From Nemertoderma westbladi (Eukaryota > Animalia > Xenacoelomorpha), in assembly GCA_032718475.1 (NCBI GenBank), contig JAUCBJ010007068.1, positions 1 to 64,000 of the forward strand: a stretch of DNA of 64,000 bases, read 5' to 3'. Both the position numbers and the translations under genes were made by a program. Positions 1 through 10,612 of the stretch are shown here, piece by piece. Every line of letters begins with the position of its first letter. Within the stretch, counting starts at the first letter, position 1. The notes under the pieces are model-generated. The model saw only the letters and a program-made list of their open reading frames with translations. It did not search any database and was not told the DNA's origin.

Positions 1-426
1 GCAACATTACAAAGGTGCAACGAACTTCCATCGGACATCTTGCCTTTCAGGAATACGGGTGGAATTTCAAGGTCGGAAATCCCATCAACTATCAACAAGT
101 ATACGGAGACCATTATTCTCGATTATACCGTCGATTATTTGACCGCACCTGGCGCCGTGTATAGCTTCATGAGTGTTCCACTCCGTCCCTCTTTAGCTAT
201 CTACACGATCTTCGAAAACACCGCACTTTCCGGTTGGCTAGCCGATGTGTGCAGTCGTACTATACGCGCCCATCCATTAATCCTTGGGACCAAACTCGCT
301 AAGCTAGATGAACATAATAAATTCATCCGCTTTGAATGTTTCCACCGGTTTTTAACCCCGTTTCGCAACGTGGATAGCCAATTCAAAGACCGCGCTTTGA
401 CCAAGCTCAGCTTAAGAGACTGTTGA
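1..426 (+). CDS. 3' end of an unidentified ORF, open from the window edge (141 codons)
   Basis: Frame 1 has no stop from base 1 to TGA at 424-426 (ATLQRCNELPSDILPFRNTGG...ALTKLSLRDC*). It is non-repetitive and less AT-rich than the flanks. No family recognised. Confidence 0.3.
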   Translation, partial: ATLQRCNELPSDILPFRNTGGISRSEIPSTINKYTETIILDYTVDYLTAPGAVYSFMSVPLRPSLAIYTIFENTALSGWLADVCSRTIRAHPLILGTKLAKLDEHNKFIRFECFHRFLTPFRNVDSQFKDRALTKLSLRDC

Positions 427-443
427 ACTGATTTTCAACAAAA

Positions 444-512
444 CAAATTTTCAACTTGGCAGCTTTAAATTCGACAAAGTTATAAGCATGTCAATATCAT
501 AACGACGACAAC
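444..512 (+). repeat. Short fragment of dispersed repeat family A
   Basis: aaattttcaacttggcagctttaaattcgacaaagttataagcatgtcaa nearly matches 1965-2015, and matches 9840-9890 in inverted orientation. Confidence 0.7.
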
Positions 513-1699
513 TGTAAAAGCTTTTGTGGGATAACTGATACGTTTGCCTTTGCTGGCCAGTTCCCCCCCAGTCGCTAGAATACTCTCAAAGGGATTTACA
601 ACTAAAATAGTGCAAGCTACCAGCTTATTGGCTGATGTGCTGTACGGAGATATCTGGGCTCAGTTTAATCGGCCAACTAGCTTAGAGAGGTTGCCTTAGC
701 CTTGCTGTCCGTATCGGCCAATAGAATTTGAGTGGGCGTTGATTTCGACCTATCCCAGAGCTACTGAACTGAATTTCCTATCTCACTGCTCATCCTCTGT
801 GTTGGACGGGAGCTTCGGGGAATAAGGGTGGTTGGTATACTCGTATAGTCATTCTAGTCATATGATTCTTCATATGATTCGGTTGTTATGTTCCCATTTT
901 TCGCCATAACACCGGCTTTTGGGAAGAACTCCAGTAAAACTGCTTAAATTATCGAAAGTATAAATGTTACCCTGGCGGTATTAACTTACCTAAATCACTT
1001 AATTTAACTGCACTAATCATATTGTTTGTACTGTTATTTACCGTCAGTTATTAATTGTATCTATTTTGTTGATGAATTATTGCTCTTTGGAGAATACGGA
1101 TAAATCACCCAAATTTCCCAATTTTCTTGATACACTACAGGTTAGAGAGACGGGCTATATATAACAATTGCGATTTATATTAATGTGGTGTGTATTGAAT
1201 CTAATGTTATTTAGCAGACCCTACATGAGTCAATTACTGCTCTCTTTATGTGTGATCAAATATACTGACGGTCGGCAGAATAGTGTGCATGATTGTGATT
1301 GGTAACAAAGTATTTCCTAAAGAATACGCCTTATACTTTAATCATAAGCGGTATCGTTGCGTTTAGTATAAGTCCTAGTTCTGTTTAAATAGATAGAGCG
1401 CCACGTCCTAAAGGAACTCTTAATATTTCCCGAAAGCCAATAATATCTGTCAGAGATTAATTATTAACGATCTATCGAATAATACAGTAAGTTTACACTG
1501 CAACCTTACACTGCAATAATATTAATTTAAGCATCCGAATTCAGCCTCCCGGGTGTAGATCCATCGGGTGAATGATCGCGCATGGGCTGACTTCGGCTAA
1601 TGTTTTGTGTATTAGCATAAATTGTTGTCGTATGCTAAAGGTGTTTTAATTAACTAAAAGACATATAAATTTTGGCAGGTTAAACTGCTAAAGGTCTTC

Positions 1700-2149
1700 A
1701 AAAGCGCGAACAACAACGATTTCACTTTCAGACATTTGGCCCTCTAGCGGCAGACTGGAGAACTGCAGATGGATTCGCCTCCTTTGAAAGTCACAGCTAA
1801 TGGTCTAATACATATCTGCCAAGTTTCAGCTTAAACGGATTAAAAGCAAAGAAATGGGAGGGCATTTAATGTTTAGACATGTGGCCCTCTAGCGGGAGAC
1901 CATTGCACTGATGGTGTCTGAAAGTCTCTCAAAAATCTCAACTTTAGCTCATATTGATACCTACAAATTTTCAACTTGGCAGCTTTAAATCCGACAAAGT
2001 TATTAGCATGTCAAAATCGTAACGACGACGACGACGACAACGACGACGACGACGACAACGACGACGACGACAACTATTTGCATAAATTGACCCACCCCCT
2101 AACAGTGTCAATTCGCTAAGGCTCCGCCAACTTCGTGGCTCGCCCCACA
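1700..2149 (+). mobile_element. Dispersed non-autonomous element, family A (HINE/DINE-1-like architecture)
   Basis: ~145-bp subrepeats (tggccctctagcgg at ~1737 and ~1882), an (ACG)n microsatellite at 2021-2070 and a terminus gctaaggct...gtggctcgccccaca. The terminus recurs inverted at 9782 and 42013. The left boundary is approximate and the classification is inferred. Confidence 0.55.
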
Positions 2150-2870
2150 TCCACTTGTAATTTTTTGTCTACATATTTGCACCAATCATGAGTACATTCC
2201 AATAACTGGGTAGCGGTAGAACGGCGCTTCATAAACCCGTGTTGGGCGCGAGATATTAATTTATGCTCTAGTAGATTTATTATATATACTAGTAATTCAT
2301 TCTTAATTAAAGATTCCATAATCTTGCAGGCCACGCATGTTAACGATACGGGCCTATAATTATACGGGTTAGAAGCGTCGTCCTTTTTGTAAATGGGCAC
2401 AATAATAGCTGTAAGCCAAATTCTAGGTAAAGCATGTGTGCAAAAAGAAACCTCAAAAATATGGGAAAGTGGTGTAGCCAAAGACTGAGCTAATTCGAAA
2501 AATAAAATATTAGGAAAACCATCTGGGGTAGAACTAGTCTTTTTACCAAGTTGTTTTAATACTGGTAAAATCCTACTAGCACTAAAATCAATATTCCCTT
2601 TAGATACATTATCATTAACCCTAGAATTGAAAGGAGGTAAATCACCGTTATCTTTACTATAATTTTCCGATAATACCTTAGACATGATCCGAGCTTTTGT
2701 GAGGTCATCCACAATGATAGAGCCATTATATTTCAAAGGGGCAACACCAGTCTTATAATTCCGTTTAGAATTAACATATTTAAATATTGCATCAGGTTTC
2801 CCAGATGTTAAGATACGGTTTTCCCTGGCACAAGCAAATCTAAAAATTGCACGAGAAACTTCCAATCTAC
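2146..2870 (-). mobile_element. CR1-clade LINE ORF2 fragment (pre-RT to RT start)
   Basis: PIYKKDDASNPYNYRPVSLTCVACKIMES...AQHGFMKRRSTATQLL. Clearly paralogous to the 49165-51687 ORF (SGKPDAIF..VNSKR in both). Ends at the family A terminus. Confidence 0.9.
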
Positions 2871-3075
2871 GAGTCTTATATTATTTCGCTGGCCAGTACT
2901 AAAGTCAAATTATTGATACAACAGTAGACAACAGTCTTTCGCGGCGTATGACCCACCGTGTGTGGGAGACTGAATTCTATAGGCATAAAAAGTAGGTTAG
3001 TTTGTATTATTCGATTGATCTCTACTATATATATAATCTCCAAAAACTATGTTCACTTTCAGGGTAGTATTAACA

Positions 3076-4672
3076 GTCGTTAGGTCCTTTGGTCGTTAGG
3101 TCCTTTGTCCTTAGGTCGTTAGGTCCTTTGGTCGTTAGGTCCTTTGGTCGTTAGGTCCTTTGGTCGTTAGGTCCTTAGGTCCTTTGGTCGTTAGGTCCTT
3201 TGTCCTTAGGTCGTTAGGTCCTTTGGTCGTTAGGTCCTTTGGTCGTTAGGTCCTTTGGTCGTTAGGTCCTTAGGTCCTTTGGTCGTTAGGTCCTTTGTCC
3301 TTAGGTCGTTAGGTCCTTTGGTCGTTACTCGTTAGGTCCTTTGGTCGTTAGGTCCTTTGGTCGTTAGGTCCTTTGTCCTTAGGTCGTTAGGTCCTTTGGT
3401 CGTTAGGTCCTTTGGTCGTTAGGTCCTTTGGTCGTTAGGTCCTTAGGTCCTTTGGTCGTTAGGTCCTTTGTCCTTAGGTCGTTAGGTCCTTTGGTCGTTA
3501 CTCGTTAGGTCCTTTGGTCGTTAGGTCCTTTGGTCGTTAGGTCCTTTGTCCTTAGGTCTTTAGGTCCTTTGGTCGTTAGGTCCTTTGGTCGTTAGGTCCT
3601 TTGTCCTTAGGTCGTTAGGTCCTTTGGTCGTTAGGTCCTTTGTCCTTAGGTCGTTAGGTCCTTTGGTCGTTAGGTCCTTTGTCCTTAGGTCGTTAGGTCC
3701 TTTGGTCGTTAGGTCCTTAGGTCGTTAGGTCCTTTGGTCGTTAGGTCCTTTGGTCGTTAGGTCCTTAGGTCCTTTGGTCGTTAGGTCCTTTGTCCTTAGG
3801 TCGTTAGGTCCTTTGGTCGTTACTCGTTAGGTCCTTTGGTCGTTAGGTCCTTTGGTCGTTAGGTCCTTTGTCCTTAGGTCGTTAGGTCCTTTGGTCGTTA
3901 GGTCCTTTGGTCGTTAGGTCCTTTGTCCTTAGGTCGTTAGGTCCTTTGGTCGTTAGGTCCTTTGGTCGTTAGGTCCTTTGTCCTTAGGTCGTTAGGTCCT
4001 TTGGTCGTTAGGTCCTTAGGTCGTTAGGTCCTTTGGTCGTTAGGTCCTTTGGTCGTTAGGTCGTTAGGTCCTTTGGTCGTTAGGTCCTTTGGTCGTTAGG
4101 TCCTTTGTCCTTAGGTCGTTAGGTCCTTTGGTCGTTAGGTCCTTTGGTCGTTAGGTCCTTAGGTCGTTAGGTCCTTTGGTCGTTAGGTCCTTTGGTCGTT
4201 AGGTCGTTAGGTCCTTTGGTCGTTAGGTCCTTTGGTCGTTAGGTCCTTTGTCCTTAGGTCGTTAGGTCCTTTGGTCGTTAGGTCCTTTGGTCGTTAGGTC
4301 CTTTGTCCTTAGGTCGTTAGGTCCTTTGGTCGTTAGGTCCTTTGGTCGTTAGGTCCTTTGTCCTTAGGTCGTTAGGTCCTTTGGTCCTTATGTCCTTTGG
4401 TCGTTAGGTCCTTTGGTCGTTACTCGTTAGGTCCTTTGGTCGTTACTCGTTAGGTCCTTTGGTCGTTAGGTCCTTTGGTCGTTAGGTCCTTTGGTCGTTA
4501 GGTCCTTTGTCCTTAGGTCGTTAGGTCCTTTGGTCGTTAGGTCCTTTGGTCGTTAGGTCCTTATGTCCTTTGGTCGTTAGGTCCTTTGTCCTTAGGTCGT
4601 TAGGTCCTTTGGTCGTTAGGTCCATTGGTCGTTAGGTCCTTTGGTCGTTAGGTCCTTTGGTCGTTAGGTCCT
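3076..4672. repeat. 16-bp minisatellite (GTCGTTAGGTCCTTTG)n with interspersed shorter variants
   Basis: Directly visible tandem array of about 1.6 kb. Four inverted related units (ggacctaacgac) at 4772-4831. Confidence 0.95.
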
Positions 4673-5060
4673 AAATTTTAAGGTAATAATGATTCAGTGA
4701 CATGTATTCTAACCAAAACAAAAACAAGTGTCAATAGCAGTAAAGAAATAAACAATTGCTACAAAAGACAAGTACCTAACGACGCAGGACCTAACGACAC
4801 AGGACCTAACAACGCAGGACCTAACGACACAGATCGTTTGGTGGACTAAAGATGTATCAATGGATGGATGGTGTACCGCAATAAACTAAAGTAAATTGCA
4901 TCTAGGCTTAATTTGGGCGTTTAAGGATAAATTTTGGTGAGTGTAAGTAAGCGGTAACTATGGACAACACTCCTCCTATTCGTTTTGCAGGTTATTTTGC
5001 AGGTCGAGAGTAACTTTTAGTCTCTGTCTGACCAAGGTGGCAACCGACCCAACCTCAACG

Positions 5061-5130
5061 GCATTGTGGTTCAGTGGTAGAATTCTCGCCTGCCACGCGG
5101 GAGGCCCGGGTTCGATTCCTGGCCAATGCA
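5061..5130 (+). tRNA. tRNA-Gly (GCC), one base short in the acceptor stem (possible pseudogene)
   Basis: GCATTGTGGTTCAGTGGTAGAATTCTCGCCTGCCACGCGGGAGGCCCGGGTTCGATTCCTGGCCAATGCA matches the canonical animal tRNA-Gly-GCC except for a missing G after GCATTG and a C>T in the T-stem. A T-run terminator follows at ~5138. Confidence 0.9.
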
Positions 5131-5257
5131 TTTGTAATTTTTACATTTTTTTAAAGCAAAAATGTAAAAAATACTGTCTTAATTAATTATTTTATCCATA
5201 AAATCTAAAATATTACTAATTATTTTGAACTTGCCGTGATATAGACAAATAACTTAC

Positions 5258-5353
5258 TGTGGTTCGTGGGAATATCGCAGGAGTGTGTTGTGATTCTGCC
5301 TGTTGATGGATCCTGATCACAACTGATAATAGTATCCAACACTACTGTATCAG
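5258..5353 (-). CDS. PITPNM: PITPNM/rdgB coding exon 10 (last exon found in the window)
   Basis: Acceptor tttctacAG and donor GTAAGT, phase 1/1, open in frame with exon 9 (ADTVVLDTIISCDQDP...). Low-conservation region. Confidence 0.65.
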
Positions 5354-5606
5354 CTGTAGAAATAAAACAGGCAATTAGCGATAATTATTATATATTATAG
5401 ATTAAAATGTTTATCCAATATCGCGTAAGCACTAAATATTACGGCAAAAATATAGCGACAAATAATATAGCGACAAAAAATTATTATAAACAAGATATGA
5501 TTTTTTGTACAATGAAAACCTCAAGTATTCCATGTTTAATATCATAACTAATTAATAATAACTACCTATTTAGTTAACATAGTTCACTGATTTTAAATAG
5601 GCTCAC

Positions 5607-5777
5607 CTAAAAGCGTGGATGAATTATCCCCGAGGGGGTGTTTGCTGTAGCGAGGAATTATAAATGGTGGATGTTTGGATAAAGGCGGGAACACGAGGGG
5701 TTCCAAACGGAAAGCGGATGGGTCGGAGGAATGGAACAGGTTGTAGAGTTCCTTGCATTGGGGTTCGTATTCCGAAA
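5607..5777 (-). CDS. PITPNM: PITPNM/rdgB coding exon 9 (DDHD domain)
   Basis: CKELYNLFHSSDPSAFRLEPLV...IPRYSKHPLGD; AG acceptor and GTGAGC donor; phase 1/1. Confidence 0.9.
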
Positions 5778-5908
5778 CTATAAAAAATAATATATAGGCC
5801 CTACAGCTAAATAAATAAAAACATTTATTGCATCACAGTTTCTAAAAATAGTTCATATATATCAATCGAACGGAATAGTTAGCCTTTGTTGGCCTTTGCC
5901 CAACTTAC

Positions 5909-6097
5909 TAGAATCGCTGGGATTCAATCCTCTCATAGATATGATTCGCATTGCCAGTGGCGACCCGAGACAGAAGAAATCGACCACCATGAATGAGAAC
6001 ACCGCCTTGCTGCTGTCCGCCACCGCGGGGGGTGTTGTGTTGTCTGCGTGTCTTCTTAGTAATGCTTCGTAACCTAGCAACGCGCCGACATTGTCGC
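5909..6097 (-). CDS. PITPNM: PITPNM/rdgB coding exon 8
   Basis: GDNVGALLGYEAL...VVDFFCLGSPLAM (start of DDHD); cccAG acceptor and GTAAGT donor. Confidence 0.9.
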
Positions 6098-6549
6098 CTG
6101 GGAAAGGTTATTAATAGTAGAAACTAAAGAATAACGCAGTTAGAACCAGGGGATAGGGCTAGGTTCATTGAATTTGTAGGTATACATGTAGGTATGTATA
6201 CATGTACCGGTTAGTATTTTTTTTTTTTTGTATTATATATGTAAATGAACCACATTGTACGTTGTGGTAGTCACGACTCACGTCGAGCTAAACAATAAGA
6301 GAAAAACTGTACAAAACGTATCGGCATAAATATACGAGACAAGTACAACCTTAATAAAAATATAACTTGTGGCTCCAATTTAGCAGCTGTCACAATTGAT
6401 TATATCCCTAGAATACAGAATGCGAAGCGTTGCTCCATTTCAAATTTGCGAACAAAAATAAATATGCCTACCCATGATTGTAATAGTAGTGCATCAACAT
6501 TTTTTTTTCATCCGAATAATACATTTTCAATATAAACTATCAAACTAAC

Positions 6550-6758
6550 CTATAAGATTAACGTGGCCTTTAAAACCAATGCCGTGTTCAGACTGAAGGA
6601 AGTCCATGTAGACTCGATTAGCGAGTTGTATAGTAGAACTAACAGCTTCGTGGTAGACAGGAGAAGTAGATATGAGATGGGGTAGAACTGATATAGAAGA
6701 TACCGGTGAGCAAGGGGCGTCTTGGGAGGCGCTTGATGGTATAGATGATGGATTCAAT
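6550..6758 (-). CDS. PITPNM: PITPNM/rdgB coding exon 7
   Basis: YHEAVSSTIQLANRVYMDFLQSEHGIGFKGHVNLIG; ctcAG acceptor and GTTAGT donor; phase 2/1, consistent with neighbouring exons. Confidence 0.9.
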
Positions 6759-7007
6759 CTGAGAGACACAAATAGAAATAAATAAAATTAATAAATATTA
6801 AATTTCGCTAAATGTCTTAGGCCTCCCTCATACAGAGTAAATTTTGTTGCTGCAATTCACAAATTAAAAAAAAATTACGTATAACATGGGAACAAAATGT
6901 AAAGAATTTTTTTCAATATTCGAATGAGCCTTTATTTACCTCGGTTATGCTCGGTAAATTAAATACATCCAGAAAAGTGAAAAAAAGTATAACTTTTTTA
7001 CCCTGAC

Positions 7008-7248
7008 CTTTGTATCAAAGATAGAGCGTCGTCGACTACATTAGGACACGGGACAAGTTTTATCGCAATATGCCCCGCAGCGCCGGGGTAATGCGACCTG
7101 AGTATGGCTTCGAGCACATTGGTGAATGTGGTAACATCCTGGAGCTTACTGTAGTAGTCGTCGACCCCACCAACCAGAGTGCCGCCGTGAAGGACTATGA
7201 AGAGGACGTCGGTAGGACAGGGGGAAGGGCTGGTAGCGCGGGGAGTGT
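7008..7248 (-). CDS. PITPNM: PITPNM/rdgB coding exon 6
   Basis: VLFIVLHGG...SKLQDVTTF...RSHYPGAAGHIAIKLVPCP; tatAG acceptor and GTCAGG donor; phase 1/2. Confidence 0.9.
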
Positions 7249-8439
7249 CTATAATGGGAGAACAATAATAGGGTTGGGATAGGTATTAGTGACAACATTA
7301 TTAGAAAGCAATCTCAGAAATTAAACTTAATAAAATTTAATTCAATCTAAACCAAAAATAGGCCTACTCACTTTTTCCTCATTGAATTAACAATTTCAAG
7401 CGGAGCACTAATTTATAGTACCCAAAAACATAACATTATTATAAAAAAAAATATTAATCAAATGAAAATTTGACATTATATGTATACCAAAATAAATATG
7501 TCACTGCCAGAAAAATGAAGTCTGACGCTCTAACCAACAAAGGTTATAATAATCAGCTATCATCAACAATAATAATCAATCATAATACTCATTCACGCAA
7601 AACACTTATAATACACTACAAAAATGAAATAATTCCAACACGCATATTTTTTACACCAAATAATTTAATTCTATTTTAAAAACAAAATTGTAATATAAAT
7701 TAAATAAATAAAAGAAATACTCCACATTAAACGCCTCATAACATAATCTACATCAATAAAACAATATACCCAATGGGGTGCTTAAATCCGTGCCAACTTT
7801 GTAATTAAAGTATGAGTGGTATACTGTATATTTTATTTAGAAATGTGTGAGATATTTTTTACAAATAATATTAAAATTTAAAAATTTGGGGCAAGAGATT
7901 CATGTCACGTAGCTGAGAAATTGAATACCTCTGTTCCAATAATACTCACATTTCATCAATCAATTAAATACATTAGTAAATTATTATGTATGGAAATGCG
8001 GTAATTAATTTTGTGGCTGAAATGCATTTGACCTCCGACCAATAAATTTATTGCGGAAAAATAATAATAAATCAATGGAAATAGTATAAATAGTTACCGA
8101 AGTGTTGTGATAAGTGGTAAATCATTAGCAATAATAATTTAGTTGGCCCTTACATTAATTTAAAGTAGCTGGAAATAGAACAAACCGGAAGTCAACATTT
8201 CTGACTTACAGAAAAGTTAACCTACATGTTACATACTGATATACAACAAGCTGATCAACCTACCAGTGCCGTGGGTAGTACAGTGTAGTAGTGTGGTTTA
8301 TTAATACAGTACAGCAGTAGGCTGATTGCAGTCATTACTTTGCACCTAAAACCTCTGCCCATCGAACTTAAACAATTCAGTAGGCCTATTTTCTATATAT
8401 CTGCTACCGGTAGTGCTGTGATAAGTCTAAAACATCAAA

Positions 8440-8931
8440 ATGGTCGTGACGTGCTTTTTCGATGTTACTGCTGACGCGAAGCCGCTTGGTCGAATAGTAA
8501 TGGAGCTCAAGGACGAAGTTGTCCCGAAAACCGTTGAAAATTTCCGCGCTCTTTGCACGGGAGAAAAGGGCTTTGGGTTCAAAGGATCCCCATTCCATCG
8601 TGTAATTCCGGGCTTCATGTGCCAGGGGGGCGACTTTACCAAGCAGAACGGAACCGGAGGGAAGTCAATTTATGGCGCAAAGTTCGCCGACGAAAACTTC
8701 ATACTGAAGCATACCGGACCGGGAGTACTGTCCATGGCCAACGCCGGGCCCAACACCAACGGGAGTCAGTTCTTCTTGTGTACGGCGAAGACGACTTGGC
8801 TGGACGGGAAACACGTGGTCTTTGGGCAGGTTGCCGAAGGGATGGATGTAGTGAAGAAAGTGGAAGGCTACGGGTCCCAGGGTGGAACAACTTCCGCCAA
8901 GATTATCGTCGCTAACTGCGGACAACTCTAA
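8440..8931 (+). CDS. PPIA: Cyclophilin A-type peptidyl-prolyl cis-trans isomerase, intronless CDS, nested antisense in a PITPNM intron
   Basis: 163 aa with intact signature motifs [32 protein letters not shown] and [10 protein letters not shown]. Good start context (caaaATGG); ETS-like ccggaagt at ~8185. Confidence 0.97.
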   Translation: MVVTCFFDVTADAKPLGRIVMELKDEVVPKTVENFRALCTGEKGFGFKGSPFHRVIPGFMCQGGDFTKQNGTGGKSIYGAKFADENFILKHTGPGVLSMANAGPNTNGSQFFLCTAKTTWLDGKHVVFGQVAEGMDVVKKVEGYGSQGGTTSAKIIVANCGQL

Positions 8932-9781
8932 CTCCTGAACTGTTGATACCGGTAGCCAACGATGTCTGACATGACAGTCAGACAGTACCGGTACCGGTAC
9001 TAAGCTAACTCCTTAAAGTTTAGGACTGATAATAATTAACGGTATATAACAATTTAGATCTTACAATTCAAAAATTGTCGCAATTCTTAGGCTTACCTCC
9101 TTCCGTGCTTTTACTATACAATTACTGATTTATTTACAAACCAGCCATATCTTAGTTTCTTGTTATTGTTTCTTATGATCTCTGTGCTTACTGAACTATT
9201 CCCTTTTACTAGTGATGCAGTACCGGTATGCAGTAGCCGGCGCTAACCCTGTATTCTATTGATGATGGTAGGTTATTCTAATTAAATGAAGTTGTTTCAG
9301 CATTAGTTTTAATGAATAATGACGTATTCCTATTAAAGGACAAAAAGCAAACTAAACTTTCGTGATAAGAGTGAGGGTTGGGGGGGGGGGGGGGGGGGGG
9401 GGTGTACATAATGCAGTAATGCGTAAAGTACATTGAAAGTTGCTAAATCATACGGGATAACTGTATAAAGGAAGTACTTTGAAACAAGCAATAAATTCAT
9501 CAGAAAATTATACCTAATTAGAACGAAATGCAATATTCCTTGAATAGAAGTGGCAAAGTGGGGTGCACCCGTTCTAGGTTACATTCGGAAGTTGATATTC
9601 CGGAAAGAGAGTTTCCGAATTTATATCTACTGAACCTTTGGTGACTTCGGAATATTTTAATACTATTTCTGTATATATACAATGAATTCAAAAGTATACC
9701 GCATCAGCATCCTGTATACCGGTATGGTATACACCGTGCCCTACAATATAATGACCTAATACCAGGACACGGTACCTAACT

Positions 9782-10612
9782 TGTGGGGCGAGACACTGTT
9801 AGGGAGGTAGGTCAATATTTACAAATAATTGTTGTTACAACTTTGACATGCTAATAAATTTGACGGATTTAGAGCTGTCGTATTTGTAGGCATCAATAGG
9901 ACCAAAAGTTGAGATTTTTGAGAAACTTCCAGAAACAATTAGTTCATTAGGCTTGTCTGCTACATGTCTAAACATAAAATGACATCCCATCTTTTTATTT
10001 TATTCCGTTCAAGTTGAAACTTGGCGGATTTGTACATGACCATTAGCTGTGTCTTTAAATGGTCGCTAATCCGTCTGTAGAAGTTCTTAAGTCTACCGCT
10101 AGAGGGCGAAATATCTGAAAGTGATAAGCTTCTCCATTTCCTTGATTGATTTATTTATTTGTACTTCCCTCCTGTTTCACTCTAGCATACTTGAGGCCGT
10201 TAGTCCGCTGTTAGAGATAGAATATATGTAACTTAAGACTGCCCATTCAATAGAAGTGGAATAGGTGGGAGTGTGAGTGTCAGGGGCTAGTGGCTGAGCT
10301 GGTTACCACGTACTTATAGCGCTGGTTCAACCCCCACCACGTACTTATAGCGCTGGTTCAACCCCCTGTGACGCGGTTTCTCATTTTTTCCACTTCAGAA
10401 CAAAACCATTTACATTACATCATTAATCCATTTAACTTAAGCTGGATTTTGCCATATATGTACCAGACTACATGCTGCGTCTTTTCGAAGAAAACGATCA
10501 ATGTGCATTTCACCAGTCTGCCGCTAGAGGGCGAAATTTTTGAATTTGAAACCTTTGTCACCTTTTCCTTGATTTGTAATCCGTTTAATTTGAAACTTGG
10601 CATATTATGTAC
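9782..10612 (-). mobile_element. Family A element, left part, flanking the satellite
   Basis: Begins tgtggggcgag (inverse of the 2149 terminus). 9800-10130 is an inverted homologue of ~1730-2100. Subrepeats ccgctagagggcgaaat at ~10096 and ~10521. Confidence 0.6.
10280..10390 (+). promoter_or_regulatory. tRNA-like internal Pol III promoter (A box plus duplicated B box); SINE head or tRNA relic
   Basis: A-box tggctgagctgg at ~10291; B-box ggttcaaccc present twice through a 31-bp tandem duplication; T6 run at ~10385. Confidence 0.45.

Noticed and set aside
8404-8925. Overlapping alternative-frame and antisense ORFs in the cyclophilin gene
   Set aside because: Shadow ORFs of a GC-rich CDS.
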